Source: the human T2T-CHM13v2.0 reference genome, Homo sapiens | DNA: 64,000 nt | Reading direction: 5' to 3' (one strand) | Assembly (NCBI RefSeq): GCF_009914755.1 | Contig: NC_060935.1 | Shown here: in pieces, positions 26,867 through 42,562 of the stretch | How the letters are laid out: each line of letters begins with the position of its first letter | How positions within the stretch are numbered: position 1 is the stretch's first letter | Notes under the pieces: generated by a model | What the model saw: the letters and a program-made list of their open reading frames with translations, nothing else | Database searches by the model: none | Told to the model about the DNA's origin: nothing | Made by a program: the position numbers and the translations under genes

Positions 26867-27660
26867 ATTCATTCATTTATCAACATATTTATTCAACAAA
26901 TATGTAATGCTGTTATTTGCAGATCCTTCTGTGAATACTAGAGTTTCAACACTAAGCAAAAGAAATAAAAATCATTAATGTCATAAATAAATAAACACAC
27001 AAACTAGGGACAGTCACAATCAAATGCCGAGCCACCACCAGAATTAGAGGACAGAGTTAGGATGGGGACAAATTCCATTTAAATATGATGCTCAAGGGCG
27101 ATGTTAAACCTTAATGATGTGAAGGATCTAGCATAAATATCATGGGGAAGGGAATTCCAGATAGGGCAAACAGCAGAGGCAAATGTCCTGAAATGAGAGT
27201 GAATTCTGTGTCTTCATGATGCATCAACAATGCTAAGTTGCTGGGAACAGAGTGGTCAGATCAAAAGTAGAAAGAAATGAGGAGAGAAAGATAGGCCAGG
27301 GCCAGTGTCTTGTAGGCAATCATAAAGGGTATGGAATTTTAATTTGAGCCAAGGGATGGCTTTCGGCAAAGGAATTATGTGATCTAATTTTAAGAGGTTC
27401 ACTCTGGCTGTGGAGGACTATGGAGATAAATTTTGTGGACAATAGACTGTAAAGGGTACATGAATGAAATGGAGGAGACCATGTACAGGCTGTGGCCCAG
27501 GTGAAAAAAATTAATGCCTTTTACTAGAGTTTTTCTCTATGGAGCTTATGAGGAAAGGTAAAGTCCAGGATAGATATTGAACACAAATTATGAAGCACAG
27601 GGATAAGAATTAGATGTGTCATAAATAAGTCAATGGTGAGTACTGATGTGGGTTCCTAGA
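26867..27660 (-). mobile_element. L2 3' region
   Basis: ATTCATTCATTTATCAACATATTTATT..., GGGAAGGGAATTCCAGATAGGGCAAACAGC...CAAATGTCCTGA, TCACTCTGGCTG. Confidence 0.75.
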
Positions 27661-29055
27661 CAAGTTGTGAGTTATGGTAATAGTTATTCATATGCATAAG
27701 GGGAAGGAAAGTAGGAGGAAAATAAGTAGGAGTACTAGTAATTAGCAAATTAAGTATTGCTGAAGATGACCCAGAACTAGTGGAGGTTGGACTTGGACCT
27801 GGTTAAATCAGATTCCAAAGCCTATCCTCTTTGTGTTCAGTATCCTATAGTAAATTCCAAAGATGAGAAAATTACTCATGTGTTTCCTCTCCAAAATAAC
27901 TGAAAATTCACTGCTTAGCTTAGTTGCTTTCCAGGACTTTGATAAATCTACTGCACTACATCTCAATATGAGAATTCCTGGGGAAAGTGGAAAGGAGACG
28001 CTGACCCTCTTGAACAACTGACAATGGATTGCAGATTAGATAAAACTATATTTAATTACTAGGAAGATACTGACACTAAAACATAGTAATGCTATTTATA
28101 GCTCAGCTGCTGTAGGGAATGTGGGAAACAATGTGCAAAACCATTTTCAACTACCTTACTTTCTTTGAATGCACTGTCAAAGCATATTTTCCATAGTTCC
28201 TTGAGGCTACTGTAACAAAAAGTTGTAATTTCTAACCCAGGAGCAGTAAGGCAGATATCAAAAAGAACAAAGTAACACAGTCAAAGCAATAATAAAAAAT
28301 GTGGCAACTACAACCTGTGGCTTAACTGTGTGGCTCCTTCTTTAAGGAGCTCAAGCAAACATAGAAGAACTCCAAAGCGCAGTTAAACAGGAAGCATTTG
28401 CCCCTGCTGCTCCTAAGGTTGTTACTGTTGACAGACTAGACCTAGGTCAGTTCAAAACCTCCTGGAATTTGTTCAGCATTCTTGGCACTAAGGCAGTACT
28501 GATGGAACAGAAGTTACCTACCGGTATGGCAGCCTTTATCCATTATCCATGAAAGGTACTGTCAGATGCCCTGAGGCTTTAGAGAGAAGTAAAACCATAT
28601 GTTCACTGCTGCTAGGGTGAGTGTAGAAAGCCATAGCCCTTGAGCCATACTGATGATGTTAGTTGGATAAAATGATGGCACCATAAGGTCTTTCTTTGTG
28701 AATTTTAATAAGTTAAATGTTCAGAAACATAAGGTTACGCACCCCCTAAGACTCCAGACTCACTAATCTATTTATGTTTCCCAGCATTGCTGGAAAGTGC
28801 TGTCAGGTGCGGGTGGATGCACTTCTTGAAGACTGAGGTAACAGATGATTTCTACGGTCTTTACGCTGACATTTATTTGCTGGTAATAAGACAGTGTTCA
28901 GGCTAGGTGATGCTCCAGCTTCTCAGCAGATGGTAGAAATTTACAGAAGAATAAACAGGATTTTTTTTTTCAGTGTCTGGGTTTTAAATAAAAGGCTGTG
29001 CCCATACAGGATTTTGGAGGCAGGCAGATATACATTCAAATCCCTGCTCTTCCTC

Positions 29056-30157
29056 TTATTTTTATTTTATTATTATTATTATTATACTTTAAGTTTTAGG
29101 GTACATGTGCACAATGTGCAGGTTAGTTACATATGTATACATGTGCCATGCTGGTGTGCTGCACCCATTAACTCGTCATTTAGCATTAGGTATATCTCCT
29201 AATGCTATCCCTCCCCCCTCCCCCCACCCCACAGCAGTCCCCAGAGTGTGATGTTCCCCTTCCTGTGTCCATGCGTTCTCACTGTTCAATTCCCATCTAT
29301 GAGTGAGAACATGCAGTGTTTGGTTTTTTGTCCTTGCGATAGTTTACTGAGAATGATGATTTCCAATTTCATTCATGTCCCTACGAAGGACATGAACTCA
29401 TCATTTTTTATGGCTGCATAGTATTCCATGGTGTATATGTGCCACATTTTCTTAATCCAGTCTATCATTGTTGGACATTTGGGTTGGTTCCAAGTCTTTG
29501 CTATTGTGAATAGTGCCACAATAAACATACGTGTGCATGTGTCTTTATAGCAGCAAGTTTTATAATCCTTTGGGTATATACCCAGTGATGGGTTGGCTGG
29601 GTCAAATGGTATTTCTAGTTCTAGATCCCTGAGGAATCGCCACACTGACTTCCACAATGGTTGAACTAGTTTACAGTCCCACCAACAGTGTAAAAGTGTT
29701 CCTATTTCTCCACATCCTCTCCAGCACCTGTTGTTTCCTGACTTTTTAATGATTGCCATTCTAACTGGTGTGAGATGGTATCTCATTGTGGTTTTGATTT
29801 GCATTTCTCTGATGGCCAGTGATGATGAGCATTTTTTCATGTGTCTTTTGGCTGCATAAATGTCTTCTTTTGAGAAGTGTCTGTTCATGTCCTTCGCCCA
29901 CTTTTTGATGGGGTTGTTTGTTTTTTTCTTGTAAATTTGTTTGAGTTCATTGTAGCTTCTGGATATTAGCCCTTTGTCAGATGAGTAGGTTGCGAAAATT
30001 TTCTCCCATTTTGTATGTTGCCTGTTCACTCTGATGGTAGTTTCTTTTGCTGTGTAGAAGCTCTTTAATGAGATCCCATTTGTCAATTTTGGCTTTTGTT
30101 GTCATTGCTTTTGGTGTTTTAGACATGAAGTCCTTGCCCATGCCTATGTCCTGAATG
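29056..30157 (-). mobile_element. 5'-truncated young L1PA (L1PA2-4-like), about 1.1 kb
   Basis: TTATACTTTAAGTTTTAGGGTACATGTGCACAATGTGCAGGTTAGTTAC 3'UTR with G-rich tract; ORF2 C-terminal frame at 29373-30086. Confidence 0.95.
29373..30086 (-). pseudogene. L1 ORF2p C-terminal fragment (237 aa), non-functional
   Basis: [27 protein letters not shown] cysteine-rich domain of L1 ORF2p; no endonuclease or RT domain. Confidence 0.95.
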
Positions 30158-31819
30158 ATAGCTGCAAGACTGCAGACAAGTTATTTAACATCTCTATATT
30201 TCTGTTTCACCATCAGAAACATGGAACAATTAATATCTACATCTCATGGTAATTGTAAGGATTCAAAAAACTAATGGATGATGTACTTAGTACAGTGCTG
30301 AAAGTATAACAAGTACTAGGTAACTCTCTCTGCCTGTTGCCTCTGTGAGGATTTTTAACTATGTGGACTTCTTCAACTTGTGTTTTAAATGGAAAGTAAA
30401 TAGAAGCTGTGATGTGTTTGTGAACCACTGAAATGCTCAAAGCTTAAACATTATTTCTCTGATTCCATCTTGCTAAACCATGCAAACATGATTTAAATCT
30501 CCTACAAATACTAGTCATGGGATTACAGGGACCTGGAAAAACATCTTAGCAGACTGTCTGATCTGGCATATAGCAAAATGTCTGGGACACTGTCCTCACT
30601 ATCGTTCTAAGAGACAGTGTCCCACGCAATTTAAGAATTATAAATAGCTGCCCCAGCTCCAGCTACCATCGGCCTAAAAGGAAAAGCAACATCAAGGAAG
30701 CTTCCTGGGAGTGCAGACACAATGGGGGTGAAGGGATGTATTGAAAGAGTCCATTGAAGTCCTCCAATGTTTATGCAGCATCACTTACTGATCACCTAGT
30801 GTGCACCAAGCATTGTAGAGGATGTTCACAATAGAAGGTAGCATAGCTTACTGTAAATATTACAGGCACTAGAGTAAAATACATAAGAAAGACATCCCAG
30901 CTCTGTCACTGGGAATTATATACAAAAGTTATATTGGAAAGCCAAAAATGGAATTTGTTCTCACTATATTAATAATGGATTGTTTACAGATAAGTCAGGC
31001 ATATTTTTATGTAACTCATTTTATTTATATCTGGCAGGCATTGAAACATTGTGCTCCTAAGAACAGACTTGAGGCTTTTTTTTTTTTTTTTACCTCTGTT
31101 GACACAACAAGAAAAGACCAGATTTTTAACCCTGTAAACTGTATGTTAGTAAATAGAAACATAGACCTGACCCTACTACTCCCATTGCCAGGGCAAAGTG
31201 TGAACCCTTAGCATAGTGTATAGGGTTTCTTATTATTTGACAGCCATCAATGTATATTGTATTTTCTGCAACCACTATATACCATGAATATAACCTGTCT
31301 AATACATAAAAAATTCCATTTTCCCCAGAATGTACCATGTTTTCTTTTACTATCTCTTTACTTCTGTTGTTCACCCTATCTGCAGTGACATAACTCTACC
31401 TTGCTTTTTTCCTGACTAGAAGACAACTGTCACACTTCAAAACCAAAGTTAATTTCTACTTTTCCTCCACGAAAATTGTCTAGTCTTCCCCAAATTCAAT
31501 ATTCCCTATTCTGGGCTTCCAAATCATTTTGTGTAGAACTATATAGTAGGCAAAGATTTTCTTTTTGTTATTTGGGTTTTAGAAATAACTACTCTAATTA
31601 TCATCCTTACTAAACAACCAGCTATTATGTACCTTTGTATACTTATCCATACTTGTTGAACCATTAATAATGTGCCATGTGATTTACTAAGCATGTTACA
31701 TGCTGAATCTCCAGCCCCTACAGTAATCCAGTGAATTTGGTATCATTTTCCATTTCACAGATGCAACAACTGAAGCTCAAAGGATTGAAATGACCTTTTG
31801 GCTTAAAAAACTAACTTTC

Positions 31820-32292
31820 TGTATTAGTCAGGGTTCCCCAGAGAAACAGAACCAATAGAAATATATAGATATACAAAAAAGGCATTAATTATTAGAGACT
31901 GTCTACAAAATTATGGAGACTGAGACGTCTCACAATCTGCAGTCTGGGGTGGTGGTGGGTAGGGGTGGCTTGCGTTGTAAGTTGATCCAGGACCATAGTC
32001 CAGGACCATTTATGTCCAGGGATAGGAGAATATGAGATGGTTGTCCCAGCTCAAGAAAAGGGAGGAAAGAGGGTAAATTTGCCCTGCCTCTGCCTTTTTT
32101 GTTTTATTCAAGTCCTCAACAAATTAGATGATGCCTCCCCAAATTGGTGAGGAAGATCTTTACTGAGTCCACTGATTCAAATGTTAATGTCTTCTGGAAA
32201 CAGCCTCAAAGACACACCTAGAGATATTGTTTTAGCAGCTATGTGGTCATCTCTTAGCCCAGCCAAGTAGACACATAAACTTAATCATCACT
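31820..32292 (-). mobile_element. ERVL solo LTR (MLT2 family)
   Basis: TGTATTAGTCAGGGTTCCCCAGAGAAACAGAACCAATAG...CCAAGTAGACACATAAACTTAATCATCAC; TSD CTTTC/GTTTC (4 of 5). Confidence 0.85.
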
Positions 32293-34358
32293 GTTTCTCA
32301 GGTAGAAGGAGATGTTACACAGAGAAAGATTCTTCCAATTAGGGCTTCTTAATCTCTACCAAGCCATCCTCTTTAGTTATAATATTTCTGGTCATATTTC
32401 TGACTATCTGATCATATTTCAACATAACATGAGAGACACACTAGGACACAGCATTAGAACACATGATGTAATGTATGCAACAGTGTTTGGATAGTGTTAT
32501 CTAGTAGGGGAGCTATAAATAATAGTACCTTTTCTTTCTTTGCAGGTGTCCTCCCTGAGCATGAACTGGAATGACCAGTATAGCCTACTTTGGTTATAGG
32601 TAACAACAACAGCAACAACAACAAACAACAACAAAAACACACACAGGCCCATATTATATATTCACTACAAAAAGGACCATATTATATATTCATCTACAAA
32701 ATGTGTGCCCTACACTTGTAGGGACAAAAAATCCCCACCCTACCTGACTCCATCCCTAATTATGAAAAGACATATGCTTCAAGAAACAAGATCTATGGCA
32801 AACTTTTTTTTTTTAATCCCTTGGCTACATGACTAAGACCTGTTCACCTTCCTCCTCGATGAGTAGCTTGAAAGGTCCTGGCAAAATCATACAGCCTCCT
32901 CTGTTAAGTGGAGCCGACTCCTGAAAGAGCACTCCTTATAAATTGTCTTGTCCATATGTTTCTGGAGGATGTGCCATCTGGGATTAGAGTGCTCATATTT
33001 TATGAAGCAGGAAACCAAAAATATGTTCACAATTTAACAGTCTCAATTTGATGAGAAAGTGGAGTTGAATTTACAACAAATTTATACCATCTCAATATGT
33101 GAACCCACTGTGTGCCAGACATCATATTAAGCACTCTTTTGAGTGGAAATTAATTAAGAGACAATTGTTTTGGCTTTTGAGAAATGGACAATTCAAAGAA
33201 AGACTTAGAGTGAACCTGGCTCTGTTCAACCTGCCAGTAGCATACAAAAAATAAATTTATAACAAAATATCCTAAAAACAGATTTCATCACCCATGCTAG
33301 TCCAGTGGATTTGTAGCAGATGTCTGCATCGTTACACTGGAAAAGAATCTGAGGTTTGAGAAAAAGGGGTGTCATTACAACGTCTGCCAAGAGCAGGCAC
33401 ATGTGGTGGCAAATATGCCCTAGTCTTGTCTTCTTCGTTGGAACTGAAAGAAGAAATGGCCATGCTAGAGCATTATTTACAAGTAATGATGCTTACTTCA
33501 TCCAGCTTTATTAATTTAAAAACATGCGTGAAGAACCAACTAAATGCCAAATACCATAGAGTAAAAATGACCAGGACCCGGTTCTTGCCCTCAGTGTGCT
33601 TGTCAGGACTCCCTCCTCTACCCTTTCTTAGCATCTTTACGTATTACATCCTATGGTGGCACTTATAATACTATGTAATTTCTTATTTACTTGGTCATAT
33701 TATTCTCATTAGTGTGTTCAGACTACAAGTCTCAACCCATTGTTAGATCATTAAATTAAAAGCAGTAGGTTGTGACAGTCATTCTTCTGGTTATAATTAA
33801 CAGAATGGAATAAAAATAGAATGAAATGGAATAGAAAGTATTAGAGTGCTTCACACATATATGTATTATATTCATGTATGTACATACCTATACATATATA
33901 TGACTGCATAGGCTGGACTTAATATAAATTGTATTTGTCAAATTGTATCATAATTAGAACACTCAAAAGCCACCAATTTATCTAAAATGTTTAAAACAAG
34001 AGTGTAAAATATATTTCAAAAACAGAAGAAATGTGGATTAACAATGATAGTAATAATAAACACATAGAGTGTAAATATGCTATTTAAACATATGTAGTTT
34101 AAATATGCTTTTTGTAGGTGTAGCTCTAGAATTTATATCCTTATCCATTAGAGAAAGAGGAACTGACAGCAGCTCTTCTGGTACTACCGATCTGCCTGCA
34201 TTTCCCCACTACCAGCTCCCACTCTACCTGCATGTACCTCCATCATGTCACTCATTAGAGTGTGTCCAGTTCATTAGCTTGCCTATGTGTCTTGCTATTA
34301 GACTGAGGGCACCTGAATGCCAGAGACTGTTTTAACTGTTTTCTAAAATGAGGCAGAA

Positions 34359-34752
34359 AGCTCTGATCTGAATGTTTGTGTCCCTCCAAAATTTAACCCC
34401 TATTATGGTGGTATTAAGAGGTGGGGCATTTTAGTATGTGATTAAATCATGAGGGCTCCACCCTCATAAATGAGATTAATGCCCTTATAAAAGAGGCTTC
34501 CGAGAACCACCTGGCCCTTCCACCTCCTCTACCAGGTCAGGACACAGCATTTGTCCCTCTTTGTACTCTTCTGTCATGTGAGAATGCAGCAAGAAAATGT
34601 CATCTTGGGAGCAGAGAGCATTCAACAGACATCAAATTTGCTGGCAACTTGATCTTAGATATCTCAGCTTCCAGAACTGTGAGAAATACATTTCTGTTCT
34701 TTATAAGTTGCTTAGTCCCAGCTATTTTCTTATAGCAGCACAGACTAAGATT
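34359..34752 (+). mobile_element. MaLR solo LTR (MST/MLT1A-class)
   Basis: CTGAATGTTTGTGTCCCTCCAAAATT...GGTATTAAGAGGTGGGGC...GCCCTTATAAAAGAGGC...CTTCCAGAACTGTGAGAAATACATTTCTG...GACTAAGA. Confidence 0.88.
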
Positions 34753-36346
34753 AATAATAATTATTATATAATAGACACATATGTAGGTTTGAGGACATGC
34801 TATTCTTTAGTCTGGCTCCAGAATAGATATCTTTATCCATTAAAGAAAGAGGATTGACACCAGTTCTTCTGGGTTGACAGATCTGCCTACTGCTAGATCT
34901 GCCTACATTTCCCAACCACCAACTACTTTACCCTGCCTGTGCTGCCAGCACATCGCTCTTCATAGTGTGTCCAGTTTGTCAGTCTGTCTGCACTTCCCCA
35001 TTAGACTGAGGGCACTTGAAGAGCAGATAATGCCTTGGCCATTTTTGAATGCCCAGAATTTAGCTTAAAGACAGGCATCTGGTAGGTGCTCGCTGAATGT
35101 GTGTTGACACACACAGGCCTATAAGAAACATGGTTAAAAAAAAAAAAGAATTTTGCTCTTCTGTCATGCCAAAAGTAACTCAGACAAACCACAGGATGAC
35201 AGATTGTTTAGAATGTACCAGAATGATTGCATGAACAATAAAACTCCTAGCAGGAGAGTAAGGATAAGAATGGGATTTCTTATGAAATTATTAAATGCTT
35301 ATTGAGAGTTCACTTAGACTTGCCATAAGTTTCTGAGCAAAATTTTGAAGTGATATTCTACACTGTGCCTAAACTAGACTCTATTTATTGCTGAATATAG
35401 AATATCTTATTAGAACAAAAACTAGAAGCTTAACACAAAAAAAGTTATAAGGAATGTAAAATTCAGGTGTTGAGGTAGAAATTAAATGGAGAGAAGTGAT
35501 CTACCTTAACATATTTCAGAGAAAGAACTGGCATGATGTAATGATGAAGTAGGCAAGGGCTCCCACATGTTTATGACATTACAATAGATTACTTACAGAT
35601 ATCTCCAAAAAGAAGTAATCTTCTCAGGAATGTGGTGACAGTGATGTTGCAGTCAGTATTAGATTTATTGTGGCCAAAATGCCATTGGCGTTCTATAATC
35701 CCTGGACTCTGTAGAACTTATAGCCAACCTGGGGAAACAAAATTGAAATGCTGGAGACTATGAGTTCTGATTCTGGCTGAAATCACCATATACATCTCTG
35801 GTGCAAACCCCATATGAGCTAAATTCAAGTTCTAAGTTCAAGGCAAATAAAAATTATAAATAAGATGAAAGAATACTGAATTCTGGATAAAATACAAGAA
35901 ATTAATTCCCAGATTTCACCTAACATAGTCATCTAAATTGCTGCTTTGTATTTTTTTTTTACAAGTTCCTTATTTCCCCAATAGTTTATTGGAAAACAGG
36001 TGGTGTTTGGTTACATGAGGAAGTTCTGTAGTGGTGATTTGTGAGATTTTGGTGCACCCATCACCCGGGCAGTATACACTGCACCAAATTTGTACTCTTT
36101 TATCCCTCACTCCCTTCCCACCATTTCTTCCTGAGTCCCCAAAGTCCACTGTGTCATTCTTATTCCTTTTCATCCTCATAGCTTAGCTCCCACTTATGAG
36201 TGAGAACATAAAATATTTGGTTTTCCATTCCTGAATTACTTCATTTAGAATAATAGTCTCCAATCTTATCCAGGGCTATGAATGCCATTAATTCATTCCT
36301 ATTTATGACTGAGTAGTATTCCATCATATATATATGTATGTGTGTG

Positions 36347-36380
<34 letters not shown>

Positions 36381-36743
36381 GAGATACATACATACATACA
36401 TACCACGGATTCTTTATCCACTTGTTGATGAGCATTTGGTCATTTGGGCTGGTTCTACATTTTTACAATTGCAAATTGTGCTGCTATAAACATGCATGCA
36501 TGTGCATTTGTCAATGACTTTTTAATTTTTTAACTTTTTATTTTTTATTATACTTTAAGTCCTATGTGCACAATATGCAGGTTTGTTACATTTGTATACA
36601 TGTGCCGTGTTGGTTTGCTGCACCCATTAACTCATCATTTACATTAGGTTTTTCTCCTAATGCTATCCCTCCCCCTGCCCCCCACCCCACGACAGGCCCC
36701 TGTGTGTGATGTTCCCCGCCGTGTGTCCAAGTGTTCTCATTGT

Positions 36744-40570
<3,827 letters not shown>

Positions 40571-40633
40571 TATGATGTTAGCTGGTTATTTTGCCCATTA
40601 GTTGATGCAGTTTCTTCCTAGCCTCGATGGTCT

Positions 40634-41650
40634 TTACAATTTGGCATGTTTTTGCAGTGACTGGTACTGGTTGTTCCTTTTCATGTTTAGTGCTTCCTTC
40701 AGGAGCTCTTGTAAGGCAGGCCTGGTGGTGACAAAATCTCTTAGCAATTGTTTGTCTGTAAAGTATTTTATTTTTCCTTCACTTATGAAGCTTAGTTTGG
40801 CTGGATATGAAATTATGGGTTGAAAATTCTTTTCTTTAAGAATGTTGAATATTGGTCCCCACTCTCTTCTGGCTTCTAGAGTTCCTGCCAACAGATCCGC
40901 TGTTAGTCTGATGGGCTTCCCTTTGTGTGTAACCCGACCTTTCTCTCTGGCTGCCCTTAATATTTTTTCCTTCATTTCAACTTTGGTGAATCTGACAATT
41001 ATGTGTCTTGGAGTTGCTCTTCTCAAGGAGTATCTTTGTGGTGTTCTCTGTATTTCCTGACTTTGAATGTTGGTCTGACATGCTAGGTTGGGGAAGTTCT
41101 CCTGGATAATATCCTGCAGAGTGTTTCCCAACTTGGTTCCATTCTCCCCATCACTTTCAGGTACACCAATCAGACGTAGATTTGGTCTTTTCACATAGTC
41201 TCATATTTCTTGGAGGCTTTGTTCATTTCTTTTTACTCTTTTTTCTCTAAACTTCTCTTCTCACTTCATTTCATTCATTTGATGTTCAATCACTGATACC
41301 TTTTCTTCCAGTTGATCGAATCAGCTACTGAAGCTTGTGCATTCGTCATGCAGTTCTTGTGCCATGGCTTTGAGCTCCATCAGGTCATTTAAGGACTTCT
41401 CTACACTGGTTATTCTAGTTAGCCATTCGTCTAATCTTTTTTCAAGGTCTTTAACTTCTTTGCGATGGGTTCAAACTTCCTCCTTTAGCTCGGAGAAGTT
41501 TGATCATCTGAAGCCTTCTTCTCTCAAATTGTCAAAGTCATTCTCCATCCAGCTTTGTTCTGTTGCTTTCAAGGAGCTGCATTCCTTTGGAGGGGGAGAG
41601 GCACTCTGATTTTTAGCATTTTCAGCTTTTCTGTTCTCTTTTTTCCCCAT
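40634..41650 (-). pseudogene. L1 ORF1, disrupted remnant
   Basis: KRPNLRLIGVPESDGENGTKL...RATPRHIIVRF...YPAKLSFISEG...FVTTRPALQELLKEAL; the N-terminal part is not in one open frame. Confidence 0.92.
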
Positions 41651-42229
41651 CTTTGTGGTTTTATCTACCTTTGGCCTTTGATGATGGTGATGTACAGGTG
41701 GGGTTTTGGTGTGGATGTCCTTTCTGTTTGTCAGTTTTCCTTCTAACAGTCAGGACCCTCAGCTACAGATCTGTTGGAGTTTGCTAGAGGTCCACTCCAG
41801 GCAGACCCTGTTTGCTTGGGTATCACCAGTGGAGGCTGCAGAACAGCAAATATTGCAGAACAGCAAATATTACTGTCTGATCCTTCCTCTGGAAGCATTG
41901 TCCCAGAGGGGCACCCACCTGTATGAGGTGTCAGTCAGCCCCTACTGGGAAGTGTCTCCCAGTTAGTCTACATGGGGCTCAGGGACCCACTTGAGTAGGC
42001 AGTCTGTCTGTACTCAGAGCTCAAACACCATGCTGGGAGAAACACTGTTTTCTTCAGAGCTGTCAGACAGGGACATTTAAGTCTGCAGAAGTTTCTGCTG
42101 CCTTTTGTTCAGCTATACCCTGCCCCCAGAGGTGCGGTCTACAAAGGCAGCAGGTCTTGCAGAGCTGCAGTGGGCTCAACCCAGTTTGAGCTTCCCTGGC
42201 CACTTTGTTTACCTACTTAAGCCTCAGCA

Positions 42230-42562
42230 GTGGTGGATGCCCCTCCCCCTGCCGGGCTGCTGTCTCACAGGTCGATCTCAGACTGCTGTGCTAGCATTGA
42301 GCAAGGCTCTGTGGGCATGGGACCAACTGAGCCAGGTGCAGGATATAATCTCCTGGTGTCCCATTTGCTAAGACAGTTGGAAAACTGCAGTATTTGGGCA
42401 GGAGTGTCCCAATTGTCCAGTTATAGTCTGTCATGGCTTCCCTTGGCTAGGAAAGGGAAATCCTCTGACCCCATGTGCTTCCCAGGTGAGGCGATGCCCC
42501 ACCCTGCTTCAGCTCACACTCCATGGGCTGCACCCACTGTCCAACCAGTCCCAGTGAGATGA
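42230..42562 (+). other. L1 antisense ORF0-homologous frame (GTG start)
   Basis: VDAPPPAGLL..SISDCCASIEQGSVGMGPTEPGAGYNLLV resembles L1 ORF0p (MAGAPPPASLPPCSLISDCCASNQRDSVGVGPSEPG...); antisense within the 5'UTR. Confidence 0.8.

Larger units (their letters stand above)
29005..30325 (+). mobile_element. MIR split by an L1PA insertion (pieces about 29005-29058 and 30158-30325)
   Basis: TTCAAATCCCTGCTCTTCCTCTTA | TAGCTG...CAAGTTATTTAACATCTCT rejoin into a MIR core. Confidence 0.7.

Noticed and set aside
29210-29230. G-quadruplex-like C-run
   Set aside because: This is the standard L1PA 3'UTR polypurine tract.
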